IMG/VR virus record: IMGVR_UViG_3300020190_000040
Reading direction: 5' to 3' (one strand)
Source: an uncultured virus (IMG/VR IMGVR_UViG_3300020190_000040)
Lineage: Duplodnaviria; Heunggongvirae; Uroviricota; Caudoviricetes; Kyanoviridae
DNA: 20,000 bases
The position numbers were made by a program, and so were the translations under genes. Positions 1-7,870 of this stretch are shown here, one piece after another. The first letter of the stretch is position 1, and every line of letters begins with the position of its first letter. The notes beneath the pieces are model-generated. The model did not search any database, was not told the origin of the DNA, and saw only the letters and a program-made list of their open reading frames with translations.

Positions 1-891
1 GAGTCGAGCGAAGTAGCTGAGAGCATCGTCATCATCAGAACCAACAGAACTCATCACAGGAAGAGAAGGTTCACGACGAAGAGGAGCAACAAAATCTTCA
101 TCCTCTTCTTCATTCATACGGTTTGCTACAGTAGCAGCACGAGCATTGGCGGGAGTTTGAGCAATCCCCAGAACCAAATTTAGACGCTGCTCAAGTTCTT
201 CGTAGGACTTGAATTGATCGGGAGCAGTGAATGCTTCCAGACTGTACTCTTTGTTGTAGATTTCTTCTAGAAGATCATCGTTAGCTGCCAGAGCAGTGGG
301 AGAATCAAACTCAGAACTATCATAGTTCCAGTAACCAGCAACAGTTTTGATCTTCAGTTTGAAGTTAGCACCTTCCCACAGATCAAATACATTTACAGGA
401 GTTTCATCTTGGAACTCAGGTTGCATCGCTGCTTGAATCTTGTCAAAGATTTTCTTACCATACTTGTAAAGGAAAACTTTACCGTTGTTCTCAGGATTCT
501 TAGGATCCTTAACAACATAGATGTTGCTGTAGTAAGCAAGTTTACGTTTCTGTTTACGTGCTTCTTCCTTATCAGCATCGCTACCGCTATTCCACAGTTT
601 ACGATTCACTTCCCCAACAGGATCCTTACCACCAGTAGTAGTCAAGGAGTTTTCAATATACCAACCACCAGGACCTTGGAAGGCATGAGAATATAGTTTT
701 GCCCAGGGAACGGATTCACCTTTAGGAGCAGGCAGGAAACGGATAACAGCATAACCATTACCAGAAGCATCAAGTTCTGGTTTCCAAAAGCGTTCATCAG
801 CACCGCCACCAGTAGAAACAGTCTTCTCAAGTTCTTTCTGGAGAAATTCAAAACTGTTTTGGGACTTACGCTTAAGATCAGCAAAAGACAT
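1..891 (-). CDS. gp32: T4-like single-stranded DNA-binding protein gp32 (3' end runs off window)
   Basis: Manual translation from ATG at 891: MSFADLKRKSQNSFEFL...GNGYAVIRFLP...HAFQGPGGWYIENSLTT...VAGYWNYDSSEF...DDDDALSYFARL. Open to position 1. Missing from the ORF track because it is truncated. Confidence 0.96.
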   Translation of the reverse strand, partial: MSFADLKRKSQNSFEFLQKELEKTVSTGGGADERFWKPELDASGNGYAVIRFLPAPKGESVPWAKLYSHAFQGPGGWYIENSLTTTGGKDPVGEVNRKLWNSGSDADKEEARKQKRKLAYYSNIYVVKDPKNPENNGKVFLYKYGKKIFDKIQAAMQPEFQDETPVNVFDLWEGANFKLKIKTVAGYWNYDSSEFDSPTALAANDDLLEEIYNKEYSLEAFTAPDQFKSYEELEQRLNLVLGIAQTPANARAATVANRMNEEEDEDFVAPLRREPSLPVMSSVGSDDDDALSYFARL

Positions 892-946
892 AGGATTACC
901 TCGGATTAAATTAGATTTGGTCTTTGTGACGCCCGATCACTTAATC

Positions 947-975
947 ATCATAACATAGGCAGAGGTCGGCGTCAA
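947..975 (-). promoter_or_regulatory. sigma70-type early promoter for gp32
   Basis: TTGACG-17 nt-TATGAT with TGn extended -10. The -35 overlaps the stop codon of the upstream ORF. Confidence 0.75.
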
Positions 976-1310
976 CCCTCTGCCTCTAGTTTTTCTTTCA
1001 TCATCGAAACTTTCTTCGATAGATCATCAAACATAACAGTCAAACTAACATTAGGATTTCCTCCCAGCATAATAGCAGCTTGTTTCATTGTGTCTGCCAT
1101 TTCAACTGCTTCTGGATCATCACTTAAAGCTAGTCTAGTATTAAATATTTTTTGTTTTTCAATCAGTTGTTCTAAAACATCAAAATATTCTTTCTTTTTT
1201 TCTTTAGTGAGTACAGGAAAAGCAGCAGCACATTGAAAACAATATCTTTGTAGCTCCATTATTTCTTGTACTTCACCTCTCACCATTTCAGATTTAAAAA
1301 ATTCAGACAT
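972..1310 (-). CDS. Conserved cyanophage hypothetical protein (DUF1825-like)
   Basis: FFKSEMVRGEVQEI...LIEKQKIFNTRLALSDDPEA. Usual position between gp33 and gp32. Confidence 0.8.
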   Translation of the reverse strand: MSEFFKSEMVRGEVQEIMELQRYCFQCAAAFPVLTKEKKKEYFDVLEQLIEKQKIFNTRLALSDDPEAVEMADTMKQAAIMLGGNPNVSLTVMFDDLSKKVSMMKEKLEAEG

Positions 1311-1311
1311 A

Positions 1312-1557
1312 TCAAACTAGCATCAATTTTGCTCTAGAAGTTTTCTTCATATAGTTAAGTTTTTGAGCGTCATACTTAAGTTTATCTTTCAAAGGTTTAG
1401 AAATTAATTTAGGTACTGACTCAATTTCAATTTCATTTCTCTCACAATAATGTACAATAGCGTCGATATAATTCATGGAGTATTCGACAGCAATTTTTTC
1501 CACATCCTGCGAGAACTTCGCAGCAGTCATAAATTTATCCTCCAGTGTCTCTAGCAT
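1312..1557 (-). CDS. gp33: Late promoter transcription co-activator gp33
   Basis: KFSQDVEKI...MNYIDAIVHYCERNEIEIESVPKLISKPLKDKLKYDAQKLNYM, plus synteny. Confidence 0.9.
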   Translation of the reverse strand: MLETLEDKFMTAAKFSQDVEKIAVEYSMNYIDAIVHYCERNEIEIESVPKLISKPLKDKLKYDAQKLNYMKKTSRAKLMLV

Positions 1558-2227
1558 TTTTTTCTTTATATTCTTGGATATATTCTTGTAGTCTTATTAA
1601 GTATTCTTTTTTAGGTGGTTGAATACTGACTTGGCAATCGCCATCTTCACACGAAACAATCGTGACTAATTTCTTAACTTTTAAATTGTATATCTCCTGT
1701 AACATACAGGCGTAAGCACATTCTTGAACGTAATAGTCATAGAGGTGCTCTTCTTTTTTTATCTTAGCGGAGGTTTTAAAATCTATGATGGATAATTCAC
1801 CATCAAACTCAGCAATACAATCAACTCTACCTGCTATTTTTAGCGTATCAGAATAGAGAGCTGCTTCTTGAAGATATATGTTATTTATACGATTTAAAAT
1901 TTCAACCGCAGAATGAAACATAATGACAGGAAGAGGAGTGTCCTTATAATTTTCTATAACTAATTCATTATTGAAATAATCTTCAACAATTTTATGGTAT
2001 TTTGTACCTCTATTGGCAGATCGAGTAGAAATTTGCTGAGCTTTTTCTTTACCAACCCGCCTTCTCCATTCAGATAGAACCTTTTGTTTTCTACTATTGT
2101 TTCCAATAACAGTTGTCACAGAGGGATGCTTAAACCCTGTAGGTGTAACATAATATCTTTTACCATCAATGGTAACTGTATCCATTTCGATAGGTTTAAG
2201 CAACCCAACATGATTAAACTGTTTCAT
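1535..2227 (-). CDS. PD-(D/E)xK family exonuclease (cyanomyovirus exonuclease)
   Basis: PSVTTV, RGTKYH, E..LYS, AGRVDCIAEFDGELSIIDFKTS and Q..AYA motifs. Adjacent to phoH. Confidence 0.9.
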   Translation of the reverse strand: MKQFNHVGLLKPIEMDTVTIDGKRYYVTPTGFKHPSVTTVIGNNSRKQKVLSEWRRRVGKEKAQQISTRSANRGTKYHKIVEDYFNNELVIENYKDTPLPVIMFHSAVEILNRINNIYLQEAALYSDTLKIAGRVDCIAEFDGELSIIDFKTSAKIKKEEHLYDYYVQECAYACMLQEIYNLKVKKLVTIVSCEDGDCQVSIQPPKKEYLIRLQEYIQEYKEKNARDTGG

Positions 2228-2979
2228 TAGAATCCTAGATTAATTTTAGCAATGATATATGATTTGATTAGACCAGAACGTACAATGTCTTCAACACCAA
2301 ACTCAATAAGAGAAACTTCTTTCATTTGCTGAAGAATACGTTGAAAGTCAATGATACCAGAACGTTCGTTACTACGTTGTAGATCTGACTGACTAGCATC
2401 ACCACAGAAAATAATTTTGGTATCTTCCCCAACACGAGTAATAATAGAATCAAGTTCGTGGAAGTTCAGGTTTTGACATTCATCTACAATAACAATAGAT
2501 TTGTCTAATGTAGTGCCACGAAGGAATGAAGTGGACCAGAAAGAAATAGTTTCTTGATGTTTGAGATTCTCGTAGAGCATTTCAAACGAAGCATCATCTG
2601 GCATCTCAAACATATACTTTACCATATTCTTATATGGAATTTGATAAAGCGAAGACTTATCTTCATGTGTACCAGGAAGGAAACCAATCTCTCTAGTAGC
2701 AACCAAAGATCTTACCACATAAACTTTCTCGTATGGAGTGTTCTCATCCAATACATCACGAAGAGCTAAGTACATAGCAACAAATGTTTTGCCTGTACCA
2801 GCAGCACCATAAACAAATAGGTTTTGCCCTTTGCCATACTCTTCAAACATAACTCGTTGATTATCAGTCAACGGTTCAATGTTGAGGAGGTAATCATAAT
2901 TGATTGGCTTTCTCCTCTTGAATTGTTTGACACTCATACCATTGATATCTGGTTGATTTCTTTTTCTTGCTCTTGGCAT
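2227..2979 (-). CDS. phoH: PhoH-family ATPase
   Basis: Walker A GAAGTGKT, IGFLPG, FLRGTTL, IVDECQN, TRVGE, GDASQSDL. Confidence 0.97.
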   Translation of the reverse strand: MPRARKRNQPDINGMSVKQFKRRKPINYDYLLNIEPLTDNQRVMFEEYGKGQNLFVYGAAGTGKTFVAMYLALRDVLDENTPYEKVYVVRSLVATREIGFLPGTHEDKSSLYQIPYKNMVKYMFEMPDDASFEMLYENLKHQETISFWSTSFLRGTTLDKSIVIVDECQNLNFHELDSIITRVGEDTKIIFCGDASQSDLQRSNERSGIIDFQRILQQMKEVSLIEFGVEDIVRSGLIKSYIIAKINLGF

Positions 2980-2980
2980 A

Positions 2981-3220
2981 TTACCACTCCACTCGTGATC
3001 CAGGTACGTTTTTCATTTTGTTCATAATTTCAGTCCATCCAGGGTGAGTTTTGTTCATTTTGTTTCGCCAATCTCCAACTTCACCAACACCAGCAACACC
3101 AGCAGTCCAATCTTTATCCCATTCGGGGTTATCTTTTCTCCACTGTTCATACTCTACCATCGACATGTAGAGTTCTTTCTTTTCTCCAGTCTCTTTATTT
3201 ACAATAGGATATGTAGGCAT
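2981..3220 (-). CDS. Conserved cyanophage hypothetical protein
   Basis: MPTYPIVNKETGEKKELYMSM...WRKDNPEWDKDW. ATG at 3220 overlaps the thyX stop (TAATG). Confidence 0.8.
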   Translation of the reverse strand: MPTYPIVNKETGEKKELYMSMVEYEQWRKDNPEWDKDWTAGVAGVGEVGDWRNKMNKTHPGWTEIMNKMKNVPGSRVEW

Positions 3221-3876
3221 TAGTTCCACTCCAAAGCTTCGGCACAAATAGGGAATTGTTCAATGAATACTTCACGACAAGCATTAGCAATGATCATATG
3301 TTCTTTTTGAGTACCATGAGCACTCCGTAAATCTATATAGTGTATCCACGACCTTACTGATCCTGTCATATAGATTTTTGTTGGGGTTGCCAATGGAAGC
3401 ACAAACCTAGCACATTCCTTTGCTACTCCCTGATTCAGAAGACGATTATAAAGTTGTTGTGCTTTAGCAAAGTGTTCTTGAATTTCAGTTTCAAGAACAA
3501 GTTTCAGATAACCATCAAGGTCATCGGTAGAATTTTGACGGTTCTTTGTATCCTGACGACGAAGTTCAGGAATAGGAATATACTGAGAAAGAAGATTGGT
3601 ATCGGCATATCGTTGTGAAAATTCTTGATATGTAAACGAACGGTGGCGTAAAATTTGAGCAGCAATACCACGATTAGTTTCAATCTCTAGTGTCATATGT
3701 GCTTGCTCAAATACAGACCAATGATTATGTTTGATACAATACTTGAGCAGACCAGCAACGTTAGGGTTCTCCTGGTTCTGGGGATTGCTCACCCTCGCTA
3801 CGTACCCCATTGTCTGTTCCGCTTGTGGGGTCACTGAGATCAGTGTCACTGGTGATTTCTGATTCGATTGGGGCAT
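3220..3876 (-). CDS. thyX: Flavin-dependent thymidylate synthase
   Basis: HWSVFEQ, RHRSFTYQEFSQRY ThyX motif, AKECARFVLP, RSWIHYIDLR. Start uncertain (3876 or 3912). Confidence 0.96.
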   Translation of the reverse strand: MPQSNQKSPVTLISVTPQAEQTMGYVARVSNPQNQENPNVAGLLKYCIKHNHWSVFEQAHMTLEIETNRGIAAQILRHRSFTYQEFSQRYADTNLLSQYIPIPELRRQDTKNRQNSTDDLDGYLKLVLETEIQEHFAKAQQLYNRLLNQGVAKECARFVLPLATPTKIYMTGSVRSWIHYIDLRSAHGTQKEHMIIANACREVFIEQFPICAEALEWN

Positions 3877-4072
3877 AGTTGTATCCAAATCCTCGGTATG
3901 CTTTTTCGTCATTAATAATACGCTCTCTCAGTTTTTTGATATCACGGTATTGTTTTTTAGCCTTGTGATATGTTTCATCATCAAGACCGATTGGGTTATC
4001 AAGCAATCGTTTAATATTTTTTGATAAGTTTTTTAAGGTTGCCGAACGTTTAAATGATAACATTTGATTCAT
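3761..4072 (-). CDS. Hypothetical protein overlapping the thyX 5' end
   Basis: 103-aa ORF directly after a consensus promoter (4088-4116). Basic helical N-terminal part; the C-terminal tail overlaps thyX. Confidence 0.6.
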   Translation of the reverse strand: MNQMLSFKRSATLKNLSKNIKRLLDNPIGLDDETYHKAKKQYRDIKKLRERIINDEKAYRGFGYNYAPIESEITSDTDLSDPTSGTDNGVRSEGEQSPEPGEP

Positions 4073-4087
4073 GTCAAATATGTTTGT

Positions 4088-4116
4088 ATAATAACATAAA
4101 AAAAGGAGGGTGTCAA
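4088..4116 (-). promoter_or_regulatory. sigma70-type promoter overlapping the terminator
   Basis: TTGACA-17-TATTAT with TGn extension. Confidence 0.8.
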
Positions 4117-4122
4117 CCCTCC
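4098..4122 (-). terminator. Intrinsic terminator with an embedded -35 element
   Basis: GGAGGGT-TGAC-ACCCTCC followed by T7. Confidence 0.85.
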
Positions 4123-4129
4123 CGCTTGA

Positions 4130-4219
4130 TTAATTCTTATACAACCACTGAATGTAGGTTGAAAGTAAGATTGTTCCTAGAGCTGCTACAGCAGTTAGAG
4201 ATATGATAGTTTGTATCAT
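4130..4219 (-). CDS. Small membrane peptide (29 aa)
   Basis: MIQTIISLTAVAALGTILLSTYIQWLYKN. TAATG-coupled to the upstream ORF and ends just before the terminator. Confidence 0.6.
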   Translation of the reverse strand: MIQTIISLTAVAALGTILLSTYIQWLYKN

Positions 4220-4317
4220 TATTTTGCTCCCACTAGTTGTGCTAGTTGTGCTTGATAACGACGCTCCTCTTTTTGCTTTTGTTCCTTAATCAATTGTAGG
4301 AAGTTAAGTTTTTTCAT
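4219..4317 (-). CDS. Small basic peptide (32 aa)
   Basis: MKKLNFLQLIKEQKQKEERRYQAQLAQLVGAK. ATGA-coupled, with GGAGG upstream. Confidence 0.65.
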   Translation of the reverse strand: MKKLNFLQLIKEQKQKEERRYQAQLAQLVGAK

Positions 4318-4475
4318 TGCTTTTCCTCCCAGTTCCAATTGTTACATGGACGATAGGAAATACCACGATACTTATTTGGTGGATGAGATGGAGCATGTGT
4401 TTCTGAATACCACTTACGATATTCTAGTTTCGGAATGTGAGTATTATACTTCACACCACGATAGGTTGCTGTCAT
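4314..4475 (-). CDS. DUF4278-like small protein (53 aa)
   Basis: MTATYRGVKYNTHIPKLEYRKWYSETHAPSHPPNKYRGISYRPCNNWNWEEKQ. Two YRGxxY motifs; ATGA-coupled. Confidence 0.75.
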   Translation of the reverse strand: MTATYRGVKYNTHIPKLEYRKWYSETHAPSHPPNKYRGISYRPCNNWNWEEKQ

Positions 4476-4612
4476 CCCTTGGTCCCCTCTTTTACAAATT
4501 TGACCCCACGATAGGTCTCATTGTATTGTTGAGGTTGTTGTTGCATTTGCTGTTGATAAGCGATACGCTTTTCGGTATCGTATTCAACGCCACGGTATAC
4601 GACTTTCGACAT
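4472..4612 (-). CDS. DUF4278-like small protein (46 aa)
   Basis: MSKVVYRGVEYDTEKRIAYQQQMQQQPQQYNETYRGVKFVKEGTKG. Two YRG motifs; strong SD (AAGGAG). Confidence 0.8.
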   Translation of the reverse strand: MSKVVYRGVEYDTEKRIAYQQQMQQQPQQYNETYRGVKFVKEGTKG

Positions 4613-4644
4613 TAGGTTTCTCCTTAGTTGTTCAGGTTAAAGAG

Positions 4645-4816
4645 CGTTCCTTCAGTCGGCTTTTGCGTCTATGAATTTACAGGTCTTTGGCGAGTGTTCT
4701 ATATAAATTTGAACGAGCTCTTCCTTTACATTGTTCGGCACTTTTGAAATGCGAACATTATTAATAAGTTTCTGAGCTTCTACACACGACCAGAGAATGA
4801 TTTCCATAGATGAACG
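4645..4816 (-). ncRNA. Glutamine riboswitch aptamer 2 (glnA class) with a large P2 insertion
   Basis: CGUUCA-UCUAUG...[~130 nt]...CAUAGA-CGCAAAAGCCGACUGAAGGAACG. P1 is CGUUC/GAACG and P2 is UCUAUG/CAUAGA. Confidence 0.75.
4652..4807 (-). CDS. 51-aa ORF embedded in glutamine aptamer 2
   Basis: MEIILWSCVEAQKLINNVRISKVPNNVKEELVQIYIEHSPKTCKFIDAKAD*. AUG lies in the P2 5' strand and the stop lies in the aptamer 3' core. Confidence 0.65.
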   Translation of the reverse strand: MEIILWSCVEAQKLINNVRISKVPNNVKEELVQIYIEHSPKTCKFIDAKAD

Positions 4817-4819
4817 ATC

Positions 4820-4870
4820 CGTTCCGAGTCGGCTTACTTCCGTTCGCTATTCGGAAATAGCGAATGAACG
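4820..4870 (-). ncRNA. Glutamine riboswitch aptamer 1 (glnA class)
   Basis: CGUUCA-UUCGCUAUU-UCCG-AAUAGCGAA-CGGAAGUAAG-CCGACUC-GGAACG. P1, a perfect 9-bp P2 and the GGAAGUAAG junction typical of the glnA motif. Confidence 0.85.
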
Positions 4871-4893
4871 TTTATTATATATCTATTTAATTT

Positions 4894-4908
4894 TGTAGTG
4901 AGTGATAC
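4894..4908. promoter_or_regulatory. Putative NtcA binding site
   Basis: TGTA-GTGAGTGA-TAC matches GTA-N8-TAC. It lies 15 nt upstream of a minus-strand TATAAT (4874-4879) and of the aptamers. Confidence 0.6.
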
Positions 4909-5246
4909 TATCTATCAACATAATCCAAGGTAAAGTCCTTGGCTTTAAGTTGTTCTATTATTATATCACATCCAATTTTAGGTTCACATTCACCACAGGT
5001 AAAAATATCTGCTGCTGCTTTCCCTTCTTCTGGCCAAGTATGAATGCTAATGTGACTTTCAGAAAGTAAACTAACTACAGTAACGCCTTGTGGATCAAAC
5101 TTCTCATAGATTGTTTGTAAGACCCGAGCGCCCGCAGCTTCAGCAGCATTTTCTAGCAAGTCACAAAGAAAAAATTCATTATTCAATGAAGAAAATGGAC
5201 ATCCATACAAACTTAACAAGTAGTGTCTACCCAGTCTTTCCATCAA
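4908..5246 (-). CDS. speD: S-adenosylmethionine decarboxylase proenzyme (pyruvoyl-dependent)
   Basis: GRHYL, FDPQGVT, LLSESHISIHTWPE (E-S self-cleavage site), ADIFTCG. Confidence 0.93.
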   Translation of the reverse strand: MMERLGRHYLLSLYGCPFSSLNNEFFLCDLLENAAEAAGARVLQTIYEKFDPQGVTVVSLLSESHISIHTWPEEGKAAADIFTCGECEPKIGCDIIIEQLKAKDFTLDYVDR

Positions 5247-5252
5247 TATACC

Positions 5253-5513
5253 TCACTTTTTTTTCTTTGTTTCGTCTTTATAAAACCATAGTTTAGGATT
5301 TACCCTTCCCTCGGTTTGTTTAAATGTTATGAACCCTTCACGATATTTATCCCAATAGTAATCAAAAATATCAACCTGCCTATTAGAAATTACAATATCA
5401 TAACAAATTCCCTCAGCAACATCTTTATACTTAACAATATAAGCACTATAAGGGAGACTTCTATCTTGTGCTAAATTTGGATCACAGTTTTGATGTAAAA
5501 TTTTTATATTCAA
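5253..5513 (-). CDS. Conserved cyanophage hypothetical protein
   Basis: IKILHQNCDP...LPYSAYIVKY...VDIFDYYWDKY...QTEGRVNPKLW. Probable TTG start overlapping the upstream TGA. Confidence 0.75.
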   Translation of the reverse strand: MNIKILHQNCDPNLAQDRSLPYSAYIVKYKDVAEGICYDIVISNRQVDIFDYYWDKYREGFITFKQTEGRVNPKLWFYKDETKKKK

Positions 5514-5941
5514 GAGCGTCCCCCCCACTCAATTTGGGGGAAAGCTTCTTCAACACAAGCTCTGGTAATTTTATACTTAGATTGTAAGCCTTTATCTTTT
5601 ACTAAAACTAAAATTTCTGCTTCTTCAGCATGTAATCCTTCAAGCATTTGAATAAAAAGATTCTCTCTCATCATTTGCTTGATCGAAGAACCACCTTTAA
5701 AGAAAACATAGAGCTTACGATACTCATGTTCTAACATAGTGTGCTCTGTTCCTTTAGGAGCATCGTTAGGAGTATAAGGAACTTCTCCTTCGGGAAGCAA
5801 AGAAACAACAGAGTCATCGTAATTAGCAATTAAAATTGCTCGTAAAGCAGGAGTGTTATACTCTTGAAAAAGTTTTACTTTTTCTGCTTTTGTTTTAGCG
5901 TTGCTTACCTTCTGTAAGACTTCCGACAGTAATAGTTTCAT
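5510..5941 (-). CDS. Conserved T4-like cyanophage hypothetical protein
   Basis: LLLSEVLQKVSNAKTK...LPEGEVPY...RENLFIQMLEGLHAEEAE. Confidence 0.85.
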   Translation of the reverse strand: MKLLLSEVLQKVSNAKTKAEKVKLFQEYNTPALRAILIANYDDSVVSLLPEGEVPYTPNDAPKGTEHTMLEHEYRKLYVFFKGGSSIKQMMRENLFIQMLEGLHAEEAEILVLVKDKGLQSKYKITRACVEEAFPQIEWGGRS

Positions 5942-6010
5942 GGTTTAAATTAATTTTATTATGGGGGAAAGCATGTTCCCATCAAAGATGGTCACAGGAT
6001 TTATTATTAT

Positions 6011-6247
6011 TTATCTATCGTCGTATTCTTCATCATCATCAGTTTCAAATCTAACAGCCACAATTTCATCTGGGAGAAGATTACCATTCTCATCAAACAT
6101 TTCTGGGTGCATAGGTTGAATTCTATTTTTATTTAAAAATGAATATACAATATCATTTCCAAACCATCCAAGCATAAACCCAATAACAAATGATCCGAGG
6201 ATTCCTATTCCAGAAAAGAATAGAATATATGGTGTTGCTGATTCCAT
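6011..6247 (-). CDS. Hypothetical membrane protein (DUF2973-like)
   Basis: N-terminal hydrophobic helix, then HPEMFDENGNLLPDEIVAVRFE. SD GGAG. Confidence 0.75.
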   Translation of the reverse strand: MESATPYILFFSGIGILGSFVIGFMLGWFGNDIVYSFLNKNRIQPMHPEMFDENGNLLPDEIVAVRFETDDDEEYDDR

Positions 6248-6248
6248 T

Positions 6249-6431
6249 TTAGTTCTCCCTTGTTAGATTATTATCTTCCCAAGTGAATTCAAACTTGATT
6301 TGAAATTTTTTCTTGAGGAAAACAAATATTTTGCTAATCTTTAGACCATATGTTTCTGGTTTTTGTTCTACTTTCCTCCTGAGCATAAGCTCAACACCTT
6401 TATTTATTGCGAGTTCTCTATCCGTTTTCAT
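6249..6431 (-). CDS. Hypothetical protein
   Basis: 60-aa ORF (INKGVELMLRR), ATGA-coupled to the glutaredoxin. Confidence 0.65.
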   Translation of the reverse strand: MKTDRELAINKGVELMLRRKVEQKPETYGLKISKIFVFLKKKFQIKFEFTWEDNNLTREN

Positions 6432-6679
6432 TTTTTTCTTGAGGTTACCAATCCTTTTTCCACAAATAATTTAACCGTTTCTGTAAGTCCTCCAACTGGT
6501 TCTCCATCAATAATAACATATGGGAATCCAATTGCTTGTGGAAACTTTTCTTTAAATTCTTTTCGGTTTATATCTTCTCCAACCATGTAAGAAGTATATG
6601 GAAGATCAGCACGTTCCATTAATTCTACAATTTTATTACAGAATCCACAACCACTAGTTTTGTAAATAACAATCTCCAT
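6428..6679 (-). CDS. Glutaredoxin (NrdC-like)
   Basis: MEIVIYKTSGCGFC...FPYVIIDGEPVGG: CxxC, cis-Pro and GG motifs. Real start taken as ATG 6679, after the psbA terminator. Confidence 0.9.
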   Translation of the reverse strand: MEIVIYKTSGCGFCNKIVELMERADLPYTSYMVGEDINRKEFKEKFPQAIGFPYVIIDGEPVGGLTETVKLFVEKGLVTSRKK

Positions 6680-6704
6680 AAAAAAAGGGGGATTAACTCC
6701 CCCT
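6680..6704 (-). terminator. psbA intrinsic terminator
   Basis: AGGGGGA-GTTAA-TCCCCCT followed by a T-tract. Confidence 0.85.
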
Positions 6705-6733
6705 AGTGTATCAGATTTTATCCTGATTGTCAA
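6705..6733 (-). promoter_or_regulatory. sigma70-type promoter for the glutaredoxin operon
   Basis: TTGACA (contains the psbA TGA stop)-17-TACACT with TGn extension. Confidence 0.7.
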
Positions 6734-7809
6734 CCAATTGCTGGAGCAGTGAGAGCAACAGGAGTTGCATTGCTGGAAGCAAGATCTAGAGGGAAGTTAT
6801 GAGCGTTCCTTTCGTGCATTACTTCCATGCCAAGACCACCACGGTTCAGAATGTCTGCCCAGGTAGGGATGACTTTGCCTTCACTCGATACGATGGACTG
6901 GTTGAAGTTAAAACCATTCAGGTTGAATGCCATGGTGCTAACACCAAGAGCAGTAAACCAGATGCCAACTACAGGCCAAGCAGCAAGGAAGAAGTGTAGT
7001 GAACGAGAGTTGTTGAACGAAGCATACTGGAAGATCAAGCGACCAAAGTAACCGTGGGCTGCCACGATGTTGTAGGTCTCTTCTTCTTGACCGAACTTGT
7101 AACCATAGTTCTGACTTTCGTTCTCGGTAGTCTCACGAACCAGTGAAGACGTAACCAGACTTCCGTGCATGGCACTGAATAGAGAACCACCAAACACACC
7201 AGCAACTCCGAGCATATGGAAGGGGTGCATCAGGATGTTATGTTCTGCCTGGAATACAAGCATATAGTTGAATGTGCCAGAGATTCCCAAAGGCATAGCG
7301 TCACTGAAAGAACCTTGACCAAAAGGATAAACAAGGAACACAGCAGAAGCAGCAGCCACGGGAGCAGAATAAGCAACACAAATCCAAGGGCGCATACCCA
7401 AACGATAAGAGAGTTCCCATTCACGACCCATGTAAGCATAGATACCGATGAGGAAGTGGAAAACAACCAGTTGGAAAGGTCCTCCGTTATATAGCCATTC
7501 ATCAAGAGAAGCAGCTTCCCAGATGGGATAGAAGTGAAGTCCGATAGCATTGGAACTAGGGACAACAGCACCAGAAATAATGTTGTTTCCGTACATTAAT
7601 GAACCAGCAACAGGTTCACGGATACCGTCGATATCAACGGGTGGGGCAGCAATAAAAGCAACGATGAAGCAAATAGTAGCAGCGAGTAGGGTAGGAATCA
7701 TTAGGGTTCCAAACCAACCGACGTAAAGACGGTTATCGGTAGAAGTGATCCACTCACAGAACTGTTGCCAAGTGTTACTTTGTCGCTGTTGGGCGATAGT
7801 AGCAGTCAT
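6730..7809 (-). CDS. psbA: Photosystem II reaction centre D1 protein
   Basis: Full-length 359 aa. [58 protein letters not shown]. Uninterrupted. Confidence 0.99.
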   Translation of the reverse strand: MTATIAQQRQSNTWQQFCEWITSTDNRLYVGWFGTLMIPTLLAATICFIVAFIAAPPVDIDGIREPVAGSLMYGNNIISGAVVPSSNAIGLHFYPIWEAASLDEWLYNGGPFQLVVFHFLIGIYAYMGREWELSYRLGMRPWICVAYSAPVAAASAVFLVYPFGQGSFSDAMPLGISGTFNYMLVFQAEHNILMHPFHMLGVAGVFGGSLFSAMHGSLVTSSLVRETTENESQNYGYKFGQEEETYNIVAAHGYFGRLIFQYASFNNSRSLHFFLAAWPVVGIWFTALGVSTMAFNLNGFNFNQSIVSSEGKVIPTWADILNRGGLGMEVMHERNAHNFPLDLASSNATPVALTAPAIG

Positions 7810-7870
7810 AGTTTTAAAAGAACGTTAAATTTACATGAATTGTGAAGAAATGTTTCCATCTCTTAACACT

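Noticed and set aside
393..884. ORF-track entries 393-578, 409-696 and 642-884
   Set aside because: Shadow frames of gp32, which occupies 1-891.
1535..2227. Cas4-like nuclease suggesting CRISPR
   Set aside because: No repeat-spacer array or other cas genes seen. It is the usual core exonuclease next to phoH.
4346..4615. 89-aa plus-strand ORF
   Set aside because: Antisense to the two coupled DUF4278-like ORFs, which have a strong SD and recognisable motifs.
6799..7571. Alternative ORFs within psbA, and a possible psbA intron
   Set aside because: psbA is continuous and full length; the others are shadow frames.
7810..7870. PhotoRC-II RNA upstream of psbA
   Set aside because: The leader is short and AT-rich and lacks the expected stems.
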